From positions 90,460,001-90,524,000 of the forward strand of contig NC_087436.1 in assembly GCF_036321535.1 (NCBI RefSeq): a stretch of DNA of 64,000 nucleotides, given 5' to 3'. A program made the translations under genes and the position numbers. The notes below the pieces were generated by a model, which was not told the DNA's origin, did no database searches, and saw nothing but the letters and a program-made list of their open reading frames with translations. Below, one piece after another: positions 13,591 to 26,374 of this stretch; the first letter of the stretch is position 1, and each line of letters begins with the position of its first letter. This DNA comes from Camelus dromedarius (lineage: Eukaryota).

Positions 13591-14789
13591 TCATAGATTT
13601 TCAATGTAGGCAAAACAACTTTATATTAAAAGAAGATACCATCTAGGACTTTGATAGCTAGAAATGAGGAGTCAGTGACTGCCTTCAGAGTTTCAAAGGA
13701 CAGGCTGACTCTTGTTAGGGGCTATTGCAGTTGGGGACTTTAAGTTGAATCCAGTGTCATTTATTATTCCAAAAAGTCCAAGCGGCCATGAGAATTATGC
13801 TAAATCTACTCTGCCTATGCTCTTGTCAGTGGAACAACAAAGCCTGGATGACAGTGTATCTGCCTACAACATTTATTGAATATTTTAAGCCCACTATTGA
13901 GATCTACTCCTCAGAAAAATATTTCTTACTGTTCTTTGACAACTTACCTGGTCACCCAAGAGCTCTGATGGAGATGTACAATGAGATTAATGTTGTTTTC
14001 ATGCCTAACATAACGTCCATTCTGTAGCCCATGGATCAAAGAGTTATTCTGATTTTCAAGTCTCATTATTTAAGAAACATATTACATAAAGCTATAGCTT
14101 TCATAGATAGTGATTTCTCTGATGGATCTGGAAAAAGTCAGCTGATACCTTGTGTACAAGATTCATCAGCTTAGATACTGTTAAGAACATATACAATTCA
14201 TTGGACGTGGTCAAAGTATCAACATTAATAGTAGTTTGAAATAGGCTGATTCCAAACCTCATGGATGACTTTGAGGGATTCAAGACTTCAGTGAAGGAAA
14301 TATCTACAGATATAGTGGAAATAAGCGAACTAGAATTAGAAGCAGAGCCTGAATATTTGACTGAATTGTTGCAATCTAATGATAAAATTTTAACAGGTGA
14401 AGAGTTGAAGTTAGGGGGGAAGAGTTGAAGAAGGGAAAGAAAGTGATTTCTTGAGATGGAATTTTTTCCTGGTGATGTTACTGTGAAGATTGTTGAAATG
14501 ATAATGAAGTATTTAGAAAATTACATAAACACAGTAGATAAAACAAGAGCAGGGCTTGAGGATTGACTTAAATTCTGAAAGAAATTCTGTGACTAAGATG
14601 CTATTAAACGGCATCACATACTACAGGGGAATTTTTCATGAAAGGAAGACAATTGATGCAGCAAGCTTCACTGTTGTCTTATTTTAAGAAATTGCCACAG
14701 CCACTCAGCTGATCAGTCAGCAGCCATCAACATGGAGACAAGATCCTCCACCAGTCTAGAACTGAACCCACATCTCCAAAGTATGCCTG
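13590..14789 (+). mobile_element. Tigger1 DNA transposon, 3' half (5' end missing, internal deletion near 14753)
   Basis: agattttcaatgtag...ccatctaggactttgatagctaga...ggacaggctgactc; peptide WNNKAWMT...[29 protein letters not shown]; right TIR ...atctccaaagtatgcctg followed by TA. Confidence 0.93.
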
Positions 14790-14869
14790 TAGTCTTAAAT
14801 ATTTATTCTACTTTAATGAATGAGTAAATGTAAATGAACAGAATATCATACAAAAGCTGTTGGAACACA

Positions 14870-15750
14870 CACACCGAATTTAAACATAGAAAACAAACAA
14901 AAAATGTGAGAAACATGCAACTAAAGTAGAAATTAACTCAAAAAAATAGAACTATTGAATAAATTAAAAATTAGTTCTTTTACAAAGCACTAATATAATA
15001 ATATATACAGATATAATCAAACGTTGACAAGAAAGAAGATAGAAAACACAGACTAAATAAGAAGGAACAAACTGCTATATACAGAATAAACAAGGTCCTA
15101 CTGTGTATAGTAAAGGGAACTATATTCAGTAACTTGTAATAACCTATAATGAAAAATAATATGGAAAAGAATATAGATATATAACTGAATCACTATGCTG
15201 TACACCAGAAAGTAACACAACATTATAAGTCAACTACACTTCAGTAAAAAAAAAAAAAAAAAAAGAAGGAAATGAGAGGGAGAAGTAAATGAGAAAATTT
15301 GCACAGAAGTTTACAAATATGTAAATTTAGATTATAATAAATATTTTTTAAGAAATTTAATTAGCATTTATTAAGTAGACACTAAGGCATTAAATAGAGA
15401 TACAGAAATAATAAGAAATTCCCACCAGAGAATTACAGGAAGTTATCACAAAGAACCACATTGAAAAGCACTAGGCTAAATGTGTTTCATGGGAATTTAT
15501 TAAACCTCAAAGAATAGATAATTCCTAGGTTACCTGACTTGTTTCCATAGCCTAGAAGACTAAAATTATCCATACTCTATTTCTTAAACAAGGATATTTG
15601 ATGCCTGATCTTGATAAATATTGCACAACACAGAAAAAAATTGCACATTAATTCCATTTAGGAATGTCAATGCAAAATCCCTTAATAGGAAAGAAAGCAA
15701 AAAGACTTTAAAAGTACATTAAAAAATACAGTACAACCATAGCAATTAGT
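14870..15750 (+). mobile_element. Ancient (L1ME-like) LINE-1 ORF2 remnant, interrupted by a younger L1 3' end
   Basis: A-rich decayed ORF2-like text (gtagaaattaactc...tagaactattgaataaa; gaaatgagaggg; aatgtcaatgcaaaatccctt). Confidence 0.55.
15068..15262 (+). mobile_element. Short 5'-truncated cetartiodactyl L1 3' end with poly(A)
   Basis: aaacaaggtcctactg...gaatcactatgctgtacaccagaaa...acttcagt-A tail; TSD AAGAAGGAA at 15059-15067 and 15263-15271. Confidence 0.88.
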
Positions 15751-15769
15751 CAGTGGTTGTTACAGTTTG

Positions 15770-17430
15770 GCTTTCTGGTCACAGAATGTCTGTTTTACCT
15801 TCTTTCCCACACCACCTTCTCAAGTGTTACATCTGAAAGTTCATACAGTATCCAAATCAAATTCAGGATTTATGGGTGATTTACTATCATTTTTTTTTTG
15901 ATATTGGAAAGTTGTGCTTTATGATAGGATAATGTATGTATGATAAAGAGAATTTATCTGTCCCCTACCCTCTTCTACACATGCCCAATATACAATGATG
16001 TAGCAAAAACAGGGTAATTGCAGTTAAAACCACCAGTACAAAAAAAAAAAAAAAGCACAAGAAATATGTAGAAAGACACAGTAGTCAGTGGATCAATAAT
16101 AAACTTCTGGGCCTAGAATGGAAAATCTCTCAATCCACACATGACCAGATCCTAATTCTGCTTTGTGAGTTGTCACCTGTACACTGTTTTATAAAGTCTT
16201 CAAAAGCCACCCTGTAGAACTGTTCATTTTCCATTATTATCCACATACACATATGAAATGGCTGCTAGGGTGTATCCTTCTTCGGGGGCTGCCCAGCTTT
16301 TATGGTCCATTTCTTACTGGTCCAAGTTTGGAGATGGAGTGTTGATATAAGATTAAAGTAAACAATGTATTTTTTAGTTGACTTTGATCTATTGACAAAA
16401 TAACCCCACAAAGACTTAATTAGCTTCAGATCTATTTGCTTCCTGTCCATTCTATGTACCAGGAATCACTTAACCACATGCAAAATTATTTCCTATTTCT
16501 AATCGTAAATTCTGCTTCATTTATCTTTCTCTCTCCCCACCTCTCTTTCTAAGGCTGAACACCTTTGAACACCTTTATTTTAATAATAGGTTTATCTAGT
16601 TTAGAAAAACTCTTAATCTGAGCTGTGCTCAAGGCTGTGTTATTTTGTTTTCCTGAGAAATCTGTTTCTCAAATCTATTGCTCAAATCTGAGTGGTAGGA
16701 ACCCAGAAGCAGCCAGAATCTTCCAAACTTTTGAGTCTCCAAATTAGGACTCCTTGTTTGCTTTCATTTCATTTTATAAACTGCCTAATTCTTTCTTGAA
16801 CTTCTCTCTTTTATGGAACGTCTTTTCTGGAAGCATAAAATAAAAGCAAATGGGCACTATCATTTTAATTGTCACATTTCCTAGAACTACAACTTAGTAG
16901 GCATGTGATCAGTCTGCTAAGTTATCAAGAGCAAATTTCAAATGAGGTATTAGCGCTGCCTAAGGAGTTAACACATGTCTGAGCTCTGGTATCAATTTCT
17001 CAGATACTGCTATCTGGCTGTTAAGGCAGCCCATATAATTTTTGATTATAGTATGGAATCATCTCACTTCAGAGCACCATATTTATATTAATTAATGGAG
17101 CACTACTGCTGCATAACAGAAGTGTATAGTGATGCAGTCATAACAAAGTTTGTTTCAAGCTCATATAAAGCTTAATTGGTGTCCACAATCTGTTGATTCT
17201 TCTCTTCCAAGAAATGACAAAACACCAAACTTCTATTGTGATAGAAGATGCCTATGCTATCTTTACCTTGTGTCTTTCAGAGTCACTGTATGTACTCATC
17301 TTAAAACAGTACAAGGAGACAGAGGATGGAGAACTATTCATGGTCAGTTTTTATGGCCCAAGGTTAGAAGTGGCCCTACCCCTCTTCTGCTTACATTCTA
17401 TTGGCTCAGATTCTCCCAGCAGCAGCTTAT
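15770..17430 (-). mobile_element. MaLR internal sequence plus LTR (MLT1-like), diverged
   Basis: cccaatatacaatgatg...agggtaattgcagttaaaacc resembles MLT-int; ttttatggcccaaggttagaagtggcc...cttctgcttacattctattggc resembles an MLT1 LTR. Confidence 0.5.
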
Positions 17431-18545
17431 TGTTACCTTGTGCTTAACATTAGGCCTGAGTTGGCTGGAAGGGTTTCTCTGTATTCCTGTTTCACTTTCT
17501 GCTTTCAGTTGCCTCTGCACGGCTGTGCAGCAGAGGTAGGTTCTCATTCCCTGCTCTGTCCTGTAGCAGTCCACTGCGGTAGCATGGAATTCTGCTGGGA
17601 TTATAATTTAGGTGGCATATCTTCTGGTGCAGCCTTAGTCTTATAAGGGTCTGTGTACCTAAGCCATGGGAATAGATAGCACCTTCTCAGTGTTTCTGTC
17701 CCTCCTCTCTGTGGCAGCAAATTGATTTCTATCTGTGGTGGATAATAGGAAGGAGAAAAACAGAATTTTCTGTCCCTCCCTAAGTAGTAGCAAACTTCTG
17801 TTTTATATCAGTGCCAGATTAGGGTCCAGGAGGTTTTCCTGGACTTTCCTAGATTCAAAGAATGTTTACTTTTACTCTTTCTGTAGAAGTTGTGTGCATT
17901 CGCCTGATTTATGGCATCAGCAAAAAGAATTCCCTATCCTTAGGCAGATGTTGCGTCTACTATTCCCCAGAAGGCTGTAGAGTTGAGAGGGTTTGTTTCC
18001 CTCACCTCCACCTCAGCGGCTAGAGACTTGCTTCCTCTGGGAGGAAGGTCCACGGGAGCAGACGTCATGGCTGAAAAGCAATTCATGCGGGCCTGTACCA
18101 CCGAGGGAACTCGCTCCTGTCTTCAGCTCTGCCTAGCCTTTCTTCTAAGCTTCTGGAGGAAGCCTGTGGGAAGAGCTCTCCTCATGTCCAGAGTTCCCCA
18201 TTATTATAAACTGATAGGCTAGTTCAACTCAATTATTAAAGAGTTCAACTCTTTAATAATCTATCAGCATTTGAGCCAACATCTCACATGCTTCTGTTGA
18301 AGTCATCTGTACTGCCTCTGCTTTGACAAAAATGAAATAGTTCATTTGTCTCTTTTCTCCTGAAAGAGGCTTGTCACTTGAAATCCAGTCCCGTGGTTGT
18401 CTTTGGACAAGTATTCTGTCCTTTCAAGGAAAGTTATGCTTTTGTAAATGTTATATCTTTCTTTCTTTTTTTTTTTTTTTTTTGGTTATTAGGATAGGAG
18501 TCACATTTTCTTGATTTCCACATCTTAAATAGAAGCTAAATTCTC
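17430..18545 (-). mobile_element. Old LINE-1 (L1MC/MD-like) 5'UTR fragment
   Basis: Locally GC-richer block ending ttggttattaggataggagtcacattttc...acatcttaaatagaag, resembling old L1 5' termini. Confidence 0.45.
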
Positions 18546-19094
18546 ATTATTTGCTATGTCTTTTTAACTACACTATTTATTATTGTAAACTGATGTATGC
18601 AACATAGTACCTGGAATATAATGAGAATTAGACTCAAAAATTGAATGAATTTATAAATAGTACATTAACTAGAATGTATAATGTTCAAAAAGGGAAATAG
18701 ATAATGTTTGATGACACACCCATATACTTCGTACTTTCCCCAAAGCCACACACTTCTTTTTTACTTTCATATCATTGAATTCTTTGCCTTCATGGCACTT
18801 GTCACAATTATACCATCTGTATTTGTGTGCAATTGTGGGTGTAAATATTTGATTAGTGTATATTTCCCTCACCAGACTACAAGGTTCACAAGGATATAAT
18901 TTTGTTTACTATTTTTTTTAACACTTAGAACACTATTAAAAGCAGGCCCTCAGAGATTGTTGGGTGAATCAATAAACAACAGAGACACAAAACAGGCAAC
19001 ATTTGGGAGATAGAAAAATCATAAAATAACAATATTTCCATTTTTAACATGGCAAAAAGTTTAGGCAATTGTATTTGAAAGGAATGTTTTAAAA

Positions 19095-19235
19095 TTTTCA
19101 GTTCAAACTCTTTTTTTTGTACGCATGAAGAAATTAAGGGCAGGAGACATTAAGTGATTCTAAAGTCACAGAATTCATTAGTGGCTGAGCCTGGAATAGA
19201 AACTAGGTCTCCTGACTCTCAATCCATTGCTCTCT
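19095..19235 (-). mobile_element. MIR fragment
   Basis: gaagaaattaaggg...taagtgattctaaagtcacag...gtggctgagcctggaatagaaactaggtctcctgactc is a MIR core. Confidence 0.75.
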
Positions 19236-20149
19236 TGATTTGGGTGCTCTGAGCAAAACAGTTTAAGACATAGGTTTATGCATGTAAAAATGCCCATGTT
19301 GAGAAATAGGGAAAAGGAAGATAGGCTTCTAAAATATGTCCCAACCATGATACCCAAACAGATGGCTACGTTACAGCAACTCTCTCAGGGAAGTTATATT
19401 CAGAAAAGGCAACACATCACCAGGTCTCTTAATCCCAATGGGCAGTAAATGATTTCACAGTGTATCAGGCAGTGCAGCAACTGGCATTTCAATATTTCCT
19501 CCTGAAGGGAAGATGAATGCAAAATAGCTTTACCTTCATGCTCTAGCTGGTGATTTCCCTGCTGTGTTCTTTATAACTTTGGTAGGGGGAAAAAAACAAA
19601 AAGAAGGTTAAATAGAGACTGCCAGTCAGCCAGCCATTCCAGGTATTCATAAGCTCAGAAAAAATCTAAAGTTTCTAATAATATCAATAACAAAAATATT
19701 ATCTGATAATAGTAATTTATTTATATGAACTGAATGTGATACAGATTACTTAAATTCTTAAAAACTTCAACCAGCAATCATAAAATACTAGAAAGTTATT
19801 TTTTTGTTTGTTTTTTTGTTTTTTTCAGTTAACTGATGTGTATATAGGCTTAGAGGGTTTAAAGATCTTGGAAAACTAGGAAGTGGTAGGATTAAAGTTC
19901 AAATCTAACTGATTTAATTATACAAAGTTACTATGATACACATAAATAAAATATATATAGAATGAAAAAAAGTAATCAATTTGTTGATCTCCAAAATGTT
20001 ATCCAGAAGCCTTTGTTAGTTTCTTAATTGTCATTGTTAAGGCCAGATTTGATGTCATGAGAAGAAATCAACTTTTAATTTTTTTTTTTAGAGTACATGG
20101 AACCATTTCTCAAGGAAATATATCACAGTTTTCAAACCACCATCTCTAT

Positions 20150-20720
20150 CAGCTCTGCCCAATTGAGAGATTATTAGAGCTATTTAATTTCATACTTTTT
20201 GTTAACCACACTTTTAAAAAATAAAAATATACAGATAAAATTAAATTTTGTAATATATTTTATTTAACATCTTATCAAAGATAATTCTCAATCCAACTTG
20301 TAATCAAAAAAAGGACTATAAATGAAATGTTTTACATTTTTCTATATGAAGTCTTTGAAATCCACTATATTATTTTACAATAATCTCATATTTTAGTTAC
20401 TTTCCAAGTAATTTTTTCTAATATATTAGTTCTACTAATGTATGTTGCATTTGTGTTGAAAACATTATCTCAGAAATATTAAATTTAAAATGCAGGCATT
20501 TAGAAGAAAATTTCATATATACAGGTATTTCTAGATTTGCCAGTAAGCCATGTTTGAACTGTCTTCTGAATGTTAGTTTTTTTCTCTGCAATGTTTTTGG
20601 AATAAATTCCATCTTTTCCTTTTTTGTCATATTTTACAATTAAAAAAAAAAACGATTTTGAATAATGCTTCTCTCCTCTGTTCAAGTAGCAGCTCACACC
20701 TACACTGCTGTCTGCTATTA
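20150..20720. mobile_element. MER33/Charlie5-like hAT fragment
   Basis: aaaattaaattttgtaatatattttatttaac...cttgtaatcaa...aatgaaatgttttacatttt...gtctttgaaatcc. Confidence 0.5.
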
Positions 20721-21799
20721 AGTATAATTGTTATTTCCATTACCTGGTGTCTGAGTCATTTTCCATGTCTGTGAATACTGTTCTCAATACCATCTGTTTG
20801 ACTTTTTAGCATTGCCTCTCAGCCTGATTAATTTTAGACTGTATATCATATTTATTTCCATACTGTGAAAACCTTTCTATAGTACTATTTATTCTAATAA
20901 TGATTTTTTTCTAAAGGTTGATAATTCTTCCAGGAAGCTCATTTTTAATTATCTTCTGAAATCTACTTTTCAGTTGTTCCTAATATAGTTTGCCTTCAGG
21001 TAAATCAGTACTTTTAAGTAATCATGTGCTATTTTGTCATAATATTGCTTGAATATATTTTTGTCATATCCCATATTGGTAATGAATTTCACTAGAAAAA
21101 AAGTTGAATCTCTATAATCAGAGAAGGAACATATCTTTCAATATTCTGGAAGGCAGTTTTCACAAAATAATAGAAACTAAATTAAAAAGAAACTCAATAA
21201 GTAAGTACCTCCTGGAATATAGTTTTAATTATGCAAAAAGTATTATTTTTATAGTAAATAATGTAAGTTTAAATTATTATGTAACAACAAACAAAACAAG
21301 TGAGCTAGAAACTATAATGTCACTTAGTACTGTGTTAGGATGCTGAAACTGTCATATCGGGTGTCACACTCATAAGCAAGTAAAACTCGTTTTGCCATTC
21401 TGTGAATCCTACAAGTAGCCCACCTTGTACAATAAAAGTTGGATATTTCACTACTGGGAATTCTGAAACTATAAGGCTGTAACTCCATGAAATTATTTGT
21501 TTAATTTTATGTCCTTTTTCATCTGAGTATCCCTTTCTGTTTGTTTTTCTCTTTCTTCTCATTTTTCATTTATTTTTTCTCCCCTCAATCTCTGACTCTA
21601 ATGTCACACATCCTAAACTTATCTATGCCCACACTCTGCTTCTTACGATAGACAAGGGAAAATAAATGAACAAGAGAAAGAGAATATTGGGGAAAAAACA
21701 CAAAGAAGAGAGAGAAAAAAATGGAGAGATGGACAAAGACCTAGGTTCCAAAGGAAGCCTTCTCATTTTCTGGATGTTTTCCCTGCATGCTAAGGAGTG

Positions 21800-22050
21800 A
21801 TAATTCCAGCAGCTAACATGCATTGTGTGAGAGCTCTGTGCCAAGTACTGTTCAAAGTCTTTTATAGATATTAACTGATTTAATTCTCAAAAGTCTATGA
21901 GGTATATCAAATTATTATTTCTGTCTAATAGTTACTAAAGCCTAGAAGGACTAAGAAATTTTTCCCATGTCACATGGCTAATGAGTGTCAGGGCAAGGAT
22001 TTGACCCCAGAATTTGGTCCCAGAGCCTGAGCATGGTTAATAACTAGTGA
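21800..22050 (-). mobile_element. MIR fragment
   Basis: tgtgccaagtactgtt...atttaattctca...ctatgagg...gtcacatggctaatgagtgtcagggcaaggatttgacccc. Confidence 0.75.
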
Positions 22051-22867
22051 CTGTCTGCTTCTGAACTGCTGTAGACTTGAGACATTATTTATGTAGCAAA
22101 ATATTATTTAGTGAAAATACACTTTCACAAAATTAAGTGCCTTTTTATTAGCTAAGTGACTGAGAGCTAACTGTGCATATGTAATATTATTTTGCAACAA
22201 CAAAATATTATTTCCTTTACTACATTGATGCATATTGTGAATCTCCAAGAATGCTATGTAAAATACTTTATTTTACGAATACGTTTAACCTCAGATCTCT
22301 ATTATTGAATAAATACCATTCTATTATAGAAGTCAAATAAACAAAAATGGAAGGAATACTGAATTTATAGACGCCACATCTTGATTTTGGACTTTTTAAC
22401 ACATTATTACAGTGGCCTTTAATTGTCACTTAATTTCCTAAGTGAAGTTCCTTCCCATGCTGTGAAGGGTGAAATTTGCTTAGTTAGCATACCTTTATAA
22501 TACACAGCTAATTTTCTATCAGATAAAGCCATCATTACTGACATTGGCACTTCTCATATTAGATACTGAAGTTTTGTACAGTGGAGACTCCCATAAAACA
22601 GCTCTGTCACTTGATACAAATTAACCTCTCTGAGCCGCAGTTTCCTTACTCCCATGTTACGAATGTTGCTCTAGATGACTTATAAGGGACTTAACAGCAG
22701 AGAATTGAACAAGTTGGTTTGGAGCCCTTACTAGCTCTCATTTTACTTAAAGGCAAGGCCTGGAGTGTCCCAGAAAATGTCCTTGTAACTACACTGACAC
22801 CACAGAAAATGTCCTATCCAAATTTATGTAATAGTTGTTTTTGTTTTGTTTGTTTGTTTGTTTTTTC

Positions 22868-23715
22868 AAAATAGACTTTCTTTTTTAAAGAGGTATTAAG
22901 TTCACAATAAAATTAAGTGAAAGGGACACATATACCCCCTGCTTGCATTCACCCATAGCCTCCCCCATTATCAACATCCCCCACCAGAGTGGTACATGTT
23001 GCAGTTGATGAACTTGCATTGATACATCATTACCATCCAAAGCTCATAGTTTACATTTTGGTTCACTCTTGGTTTTGTACATTTTCTAGGTTTGGACAAA
23101 TGTATAATGACATGTACCACCATTATAGTATCATATAGAGTATTTTTATTGCCCCAAAAATGCTCTGTCTCTGATTATTTATCACTCCCTAACCCCTGGC
23201 AACAACTGATCTTTATACTGTCTCCAAGGTTTTGTCTTTTCTAGAATGTCATAGGTTGGGTAGCCTTTTTAGATGACCTTCTTTCACTTAGTAATAAGTT
23301 TCCTTCATGTCTTTTTATGGCCTGATAGTTCATTTCTTTTTAGAACTGAATAATATTACGTTGTCACAATTTATGTATCCATTCACTTACTGAAATACAT
23401 CTTGATTGCTTCTAAGTTTTGGCAATTATGAATAAGACTGCTATAAACATCCATGTACAGGTTTTTGTGTAGACACAATTTTTCATCTCCTTTGGGTAGA
23501 TACCAAGGAGTGTGATTGCTGAATCATATTGTAAGGGTATGTTTAGTTTTGTAAGAAACCAGCAAACTTCCAAAGTGCCTGTACCATTTTGCATTCCCAT
23601 AAGTAATGAGTAAGAGTTCCTGTTGCTCTGTATAAGTGTCAGAGTTTGTTGTTGTCAATGTTCTTTATTTTGGCCAATCTAATAGGAGTATAGTCATAGC
23701 TCATTGTCATTTATT
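22868..23715 (-). mobile_element. LINE-1 3' end (L1MC1-like)
   Basis: cctcccccattatcaacatcccccaccagagtggtaca 3'UTR motif; ORF 23412-23600 YDSAITLLGIYPKEMK...TCTWMFIAVLFIIAK is the ORF2 C-terminus. Confidence 0.85.
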
Positions 23716-24189
23716 TAAGTTTTGTGTCTGGTTTCTATCCTATAAGCGATCATTTGGTTTCTACCTTTAAATCCAGAGCATTTGGTTTGACGTTTTGGCA
23801 TCACCCTCTGCCTGGTTCCCTTTCTGCTTTACCCTCAAATATAATCATTCTCATTTTCTTTGACTCTGCACTGAGCTATTTTAACATTATTTCTGATCCA
23901 CTTTGACACTCAGCTCAGTTTCCTATAATTTTCATTTCTTACCTTATATTCCATGTGCTGCATACCGAGGATGGAAAAATAACCAGTGCCTACCTGACCA
24001 ATGATCCAACCAATAGAATATCAATTATGTGCCATGCTAATTTTTGAGAAAAATAACAAAGTTCCACAACCAGGAATAAAGGATTTGATTCATCCATTGT
24101 TTGGTACAGTGACCACAAAGTACAGACAGACTTTGGCTTAACATTAGCTTTTAATAGTGAAATTATTAACTGAAAAGAATGAGGGCTTT

Positions 24190-24400
24190 GGGCCCAGGGT
24201 GACTGACACTGAGTATAGAATTCACCACTTACTAGCTGTTTGGTCTAAACTGCCCTCTACTTCAGTTGCTTCTTCTATAAGTTTGCAGTAATAATTCTTA
24301 ACTCACCCAGTTAATGTGCATATAAGTGAGAAAAATATTTTTAATGCCTACTTCAGTGCCTAGCATATAGAAGGTCCTTAATAAAGAATACTCATTTCAT
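24190..24400 (+). mobile_element. MIR fragment
   Basis: caccacttactagctgt...cttcagttgcttcttctataa...ataattcttaactcac...cagtgcctagcatatag. Confidence 0.65.
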
Positions 24401-24934
24401 TTGTCTTTCTGAACTTTACTTTCTTAGATTATGAATCTTTCTACTTGACTTCTCTGAACTTGGGATCTAATGTACCTGATAATTCTTTCCATTGAGCTTT
24501 CAGTCCTTCTATTCCATTGTCTAAATTCTTTTTTTGACTGAGCTTTGGTATTGTCAGCTTTTACTACAATAATCAGACTTCTAATGTGTTTTAGCACATT
24601 TAACAACAAAGAAACCTACCCAGCGACTATAATATAATACTTCATTGCATATAAAAGTTTTAAAACCAAGTTTCAAGCCTCAAAGTGATCGGAAGTATCT
24701 GCACCTCAGAGGTACTTTATGAGAAAAGTATTATCATTGCTGTTTTATAGATCAATTAAGAACACAGTGGCTTGGGGAAATGATATGAATCCCCAAAGGG
24801 CAAAAGGCTGACCCAAGAATTAACTCTGTGTCATGTAAATAACCCTAGATTCAGTAAACTTGACTAAAGAATACTCCTGAGGACATCACACATTACCATT
24901 ATTTTCTTTTCTATTCCTGATTCCCTCGTTATAA

Positions 24935-25309
24935 GTACTGTAATGGAAACAGTCTCTCAGATTCCTTGTCCAAGAACTACTTGCGGCCCCAGCTGTCAGC
25001 AGACAGACTCTAATTGTTAACACCATTAGGATCTCACTCAGGGGCAGAGAACCAGGGGCCACGCTGATTGGATAACTAGTCAAAGCAAAAGTATAAAGAC
25101 TTGTCTATTTCAGCTTCCAAGAAACAATTCTTAGGGGTTAAAGATATTCCAGGGCTTCCTGTAGACTGGCTGAGATATTGTTGGTCTTGTATCATAGTTA
25201 AACTTCTTCCTCGGTCCAAATTTCTTTTCTTCCTCCTTTTCACAGGTATTGATCCCAGTAGGTCACTCTCCATCATGGCATCTGTTTCTTGAGAACCCAA
25301 CCTAACACA
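24935..25309 (+). mobile_element. ERVL-type solo LTR (LTR33/LTR16-like)
   Basis: 3' end ttcacaggtattgatccc...tctgtttcttgagaacccaacctaacaca resembles LTR33/16 termini. Confidence 0.6.
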
Positions 25310-26167
25310 ACAGGCACCAGCTTTAATGTTTACCATGTATGAGAATACTTGTTTCCTTAAGCCTCACAAACAGAATGTGTTGTCATGCTTTTTATTTTCA
25401 GTGAACTGTGACTATTATTGTGTGCAAGCAGGTATCAGGGAATTAATCAAACCAGCTGCCAGGAGTAAGTTTTCCTAAAGAAAAATAATATAGCTAGCTA
25501 GCTATCTAATAGCATCTCTCTTCAGCATTCTTTTAAAATCCATTCACCCCCCAGTTCAAACTACAAGTTTACAACACCTTATATCTCACATATTCCATTA
25601 TAAGCCATAGAGACATTAAACTGACAGATGAGAGAATTCTGCTTTCAAATACAAGCTTTTCCCCCAATTTGGTTCAGTGGTATCATTCCAGATATGCATG
25701 ACTTACCTTTGAGTGAGCCTGAATATTTTTTTATGTATTTTTTGTAAATATTCTGTTCATTTTTTTTCAATTTAATATCAGTTTTTTGTTCCTTTGCCCT
25801 TCAATTTTTAAGATCTCTTCAAGATCTTGTTTTCACTTCCTTTCAATATACATTCAAAGGTAGATTGCTGAATCATATGGTAGTTCTAATTTTAATCTTA
25901 TTTTTCTCCATATATTCTGCAGATTTTCTTCATAGCATCTACTAAAATGTCCATCATTTCACCACTTAATTATGGAACATCATTAATCATATATCAATTT
26001 CTTATATATACATGGATTTGTATAAATTCTGTATTGTTGATTTGCCTATTTGTATGTTTTCAAAGCATACTGAAGAAAATAAAATTATCTAGAAAAAGGA
26101 TTGCTGTAATGTTGTAGTATATAGTTAATATGGGATTGATGCTCTCCCATATTTCATTCATTTTATA

Positions 26168-26374
26168 GCAGCCCTGCCCAGTAGAACTTTCTGCAACAGT
26201 GGTGATATTCTGCATCTTTACTCTTCAATATAAGAGCCAGTAGCCAAATGTGGCTATTGAGCAGTTGAAATATGTGGCTAAAGAACTAAATTTTCAATCA
26301 TATTTAAATTTAATTAATTAACTCTAATTCGAGAAGTCCATTGTTGTTAGTGGCTACCCTGTTGGACAAAGCAA
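26168..26374. mobile_element. MER3 hAT-Charlie element
   Basis: ctgcccagtagaactttctgcaa...agccaaatgtggctattgagcagttgaaa...agtggctaccctgttggacaaagca. Confidence 0.8.

Noticed and set aside
13788..14027. ORF resembling TIGD/DDE transposase
   Set aside because: Frameshifted Tigger1 fossil, not a domesticated TIGD gene.
17150..18222. Cluster of 79-129 aa ORFs in GC-richer DNA
   Set aside because: They overlap an MaLR LTR and an old L1 5'UTR; no recognisable domain or splice structure.
19278..19448. 56-codon ORF MHVKMPMLRNREKEDRLLKY...
   Set aside because: Length expected by chance; no recognisable homology or splice/promoter support.
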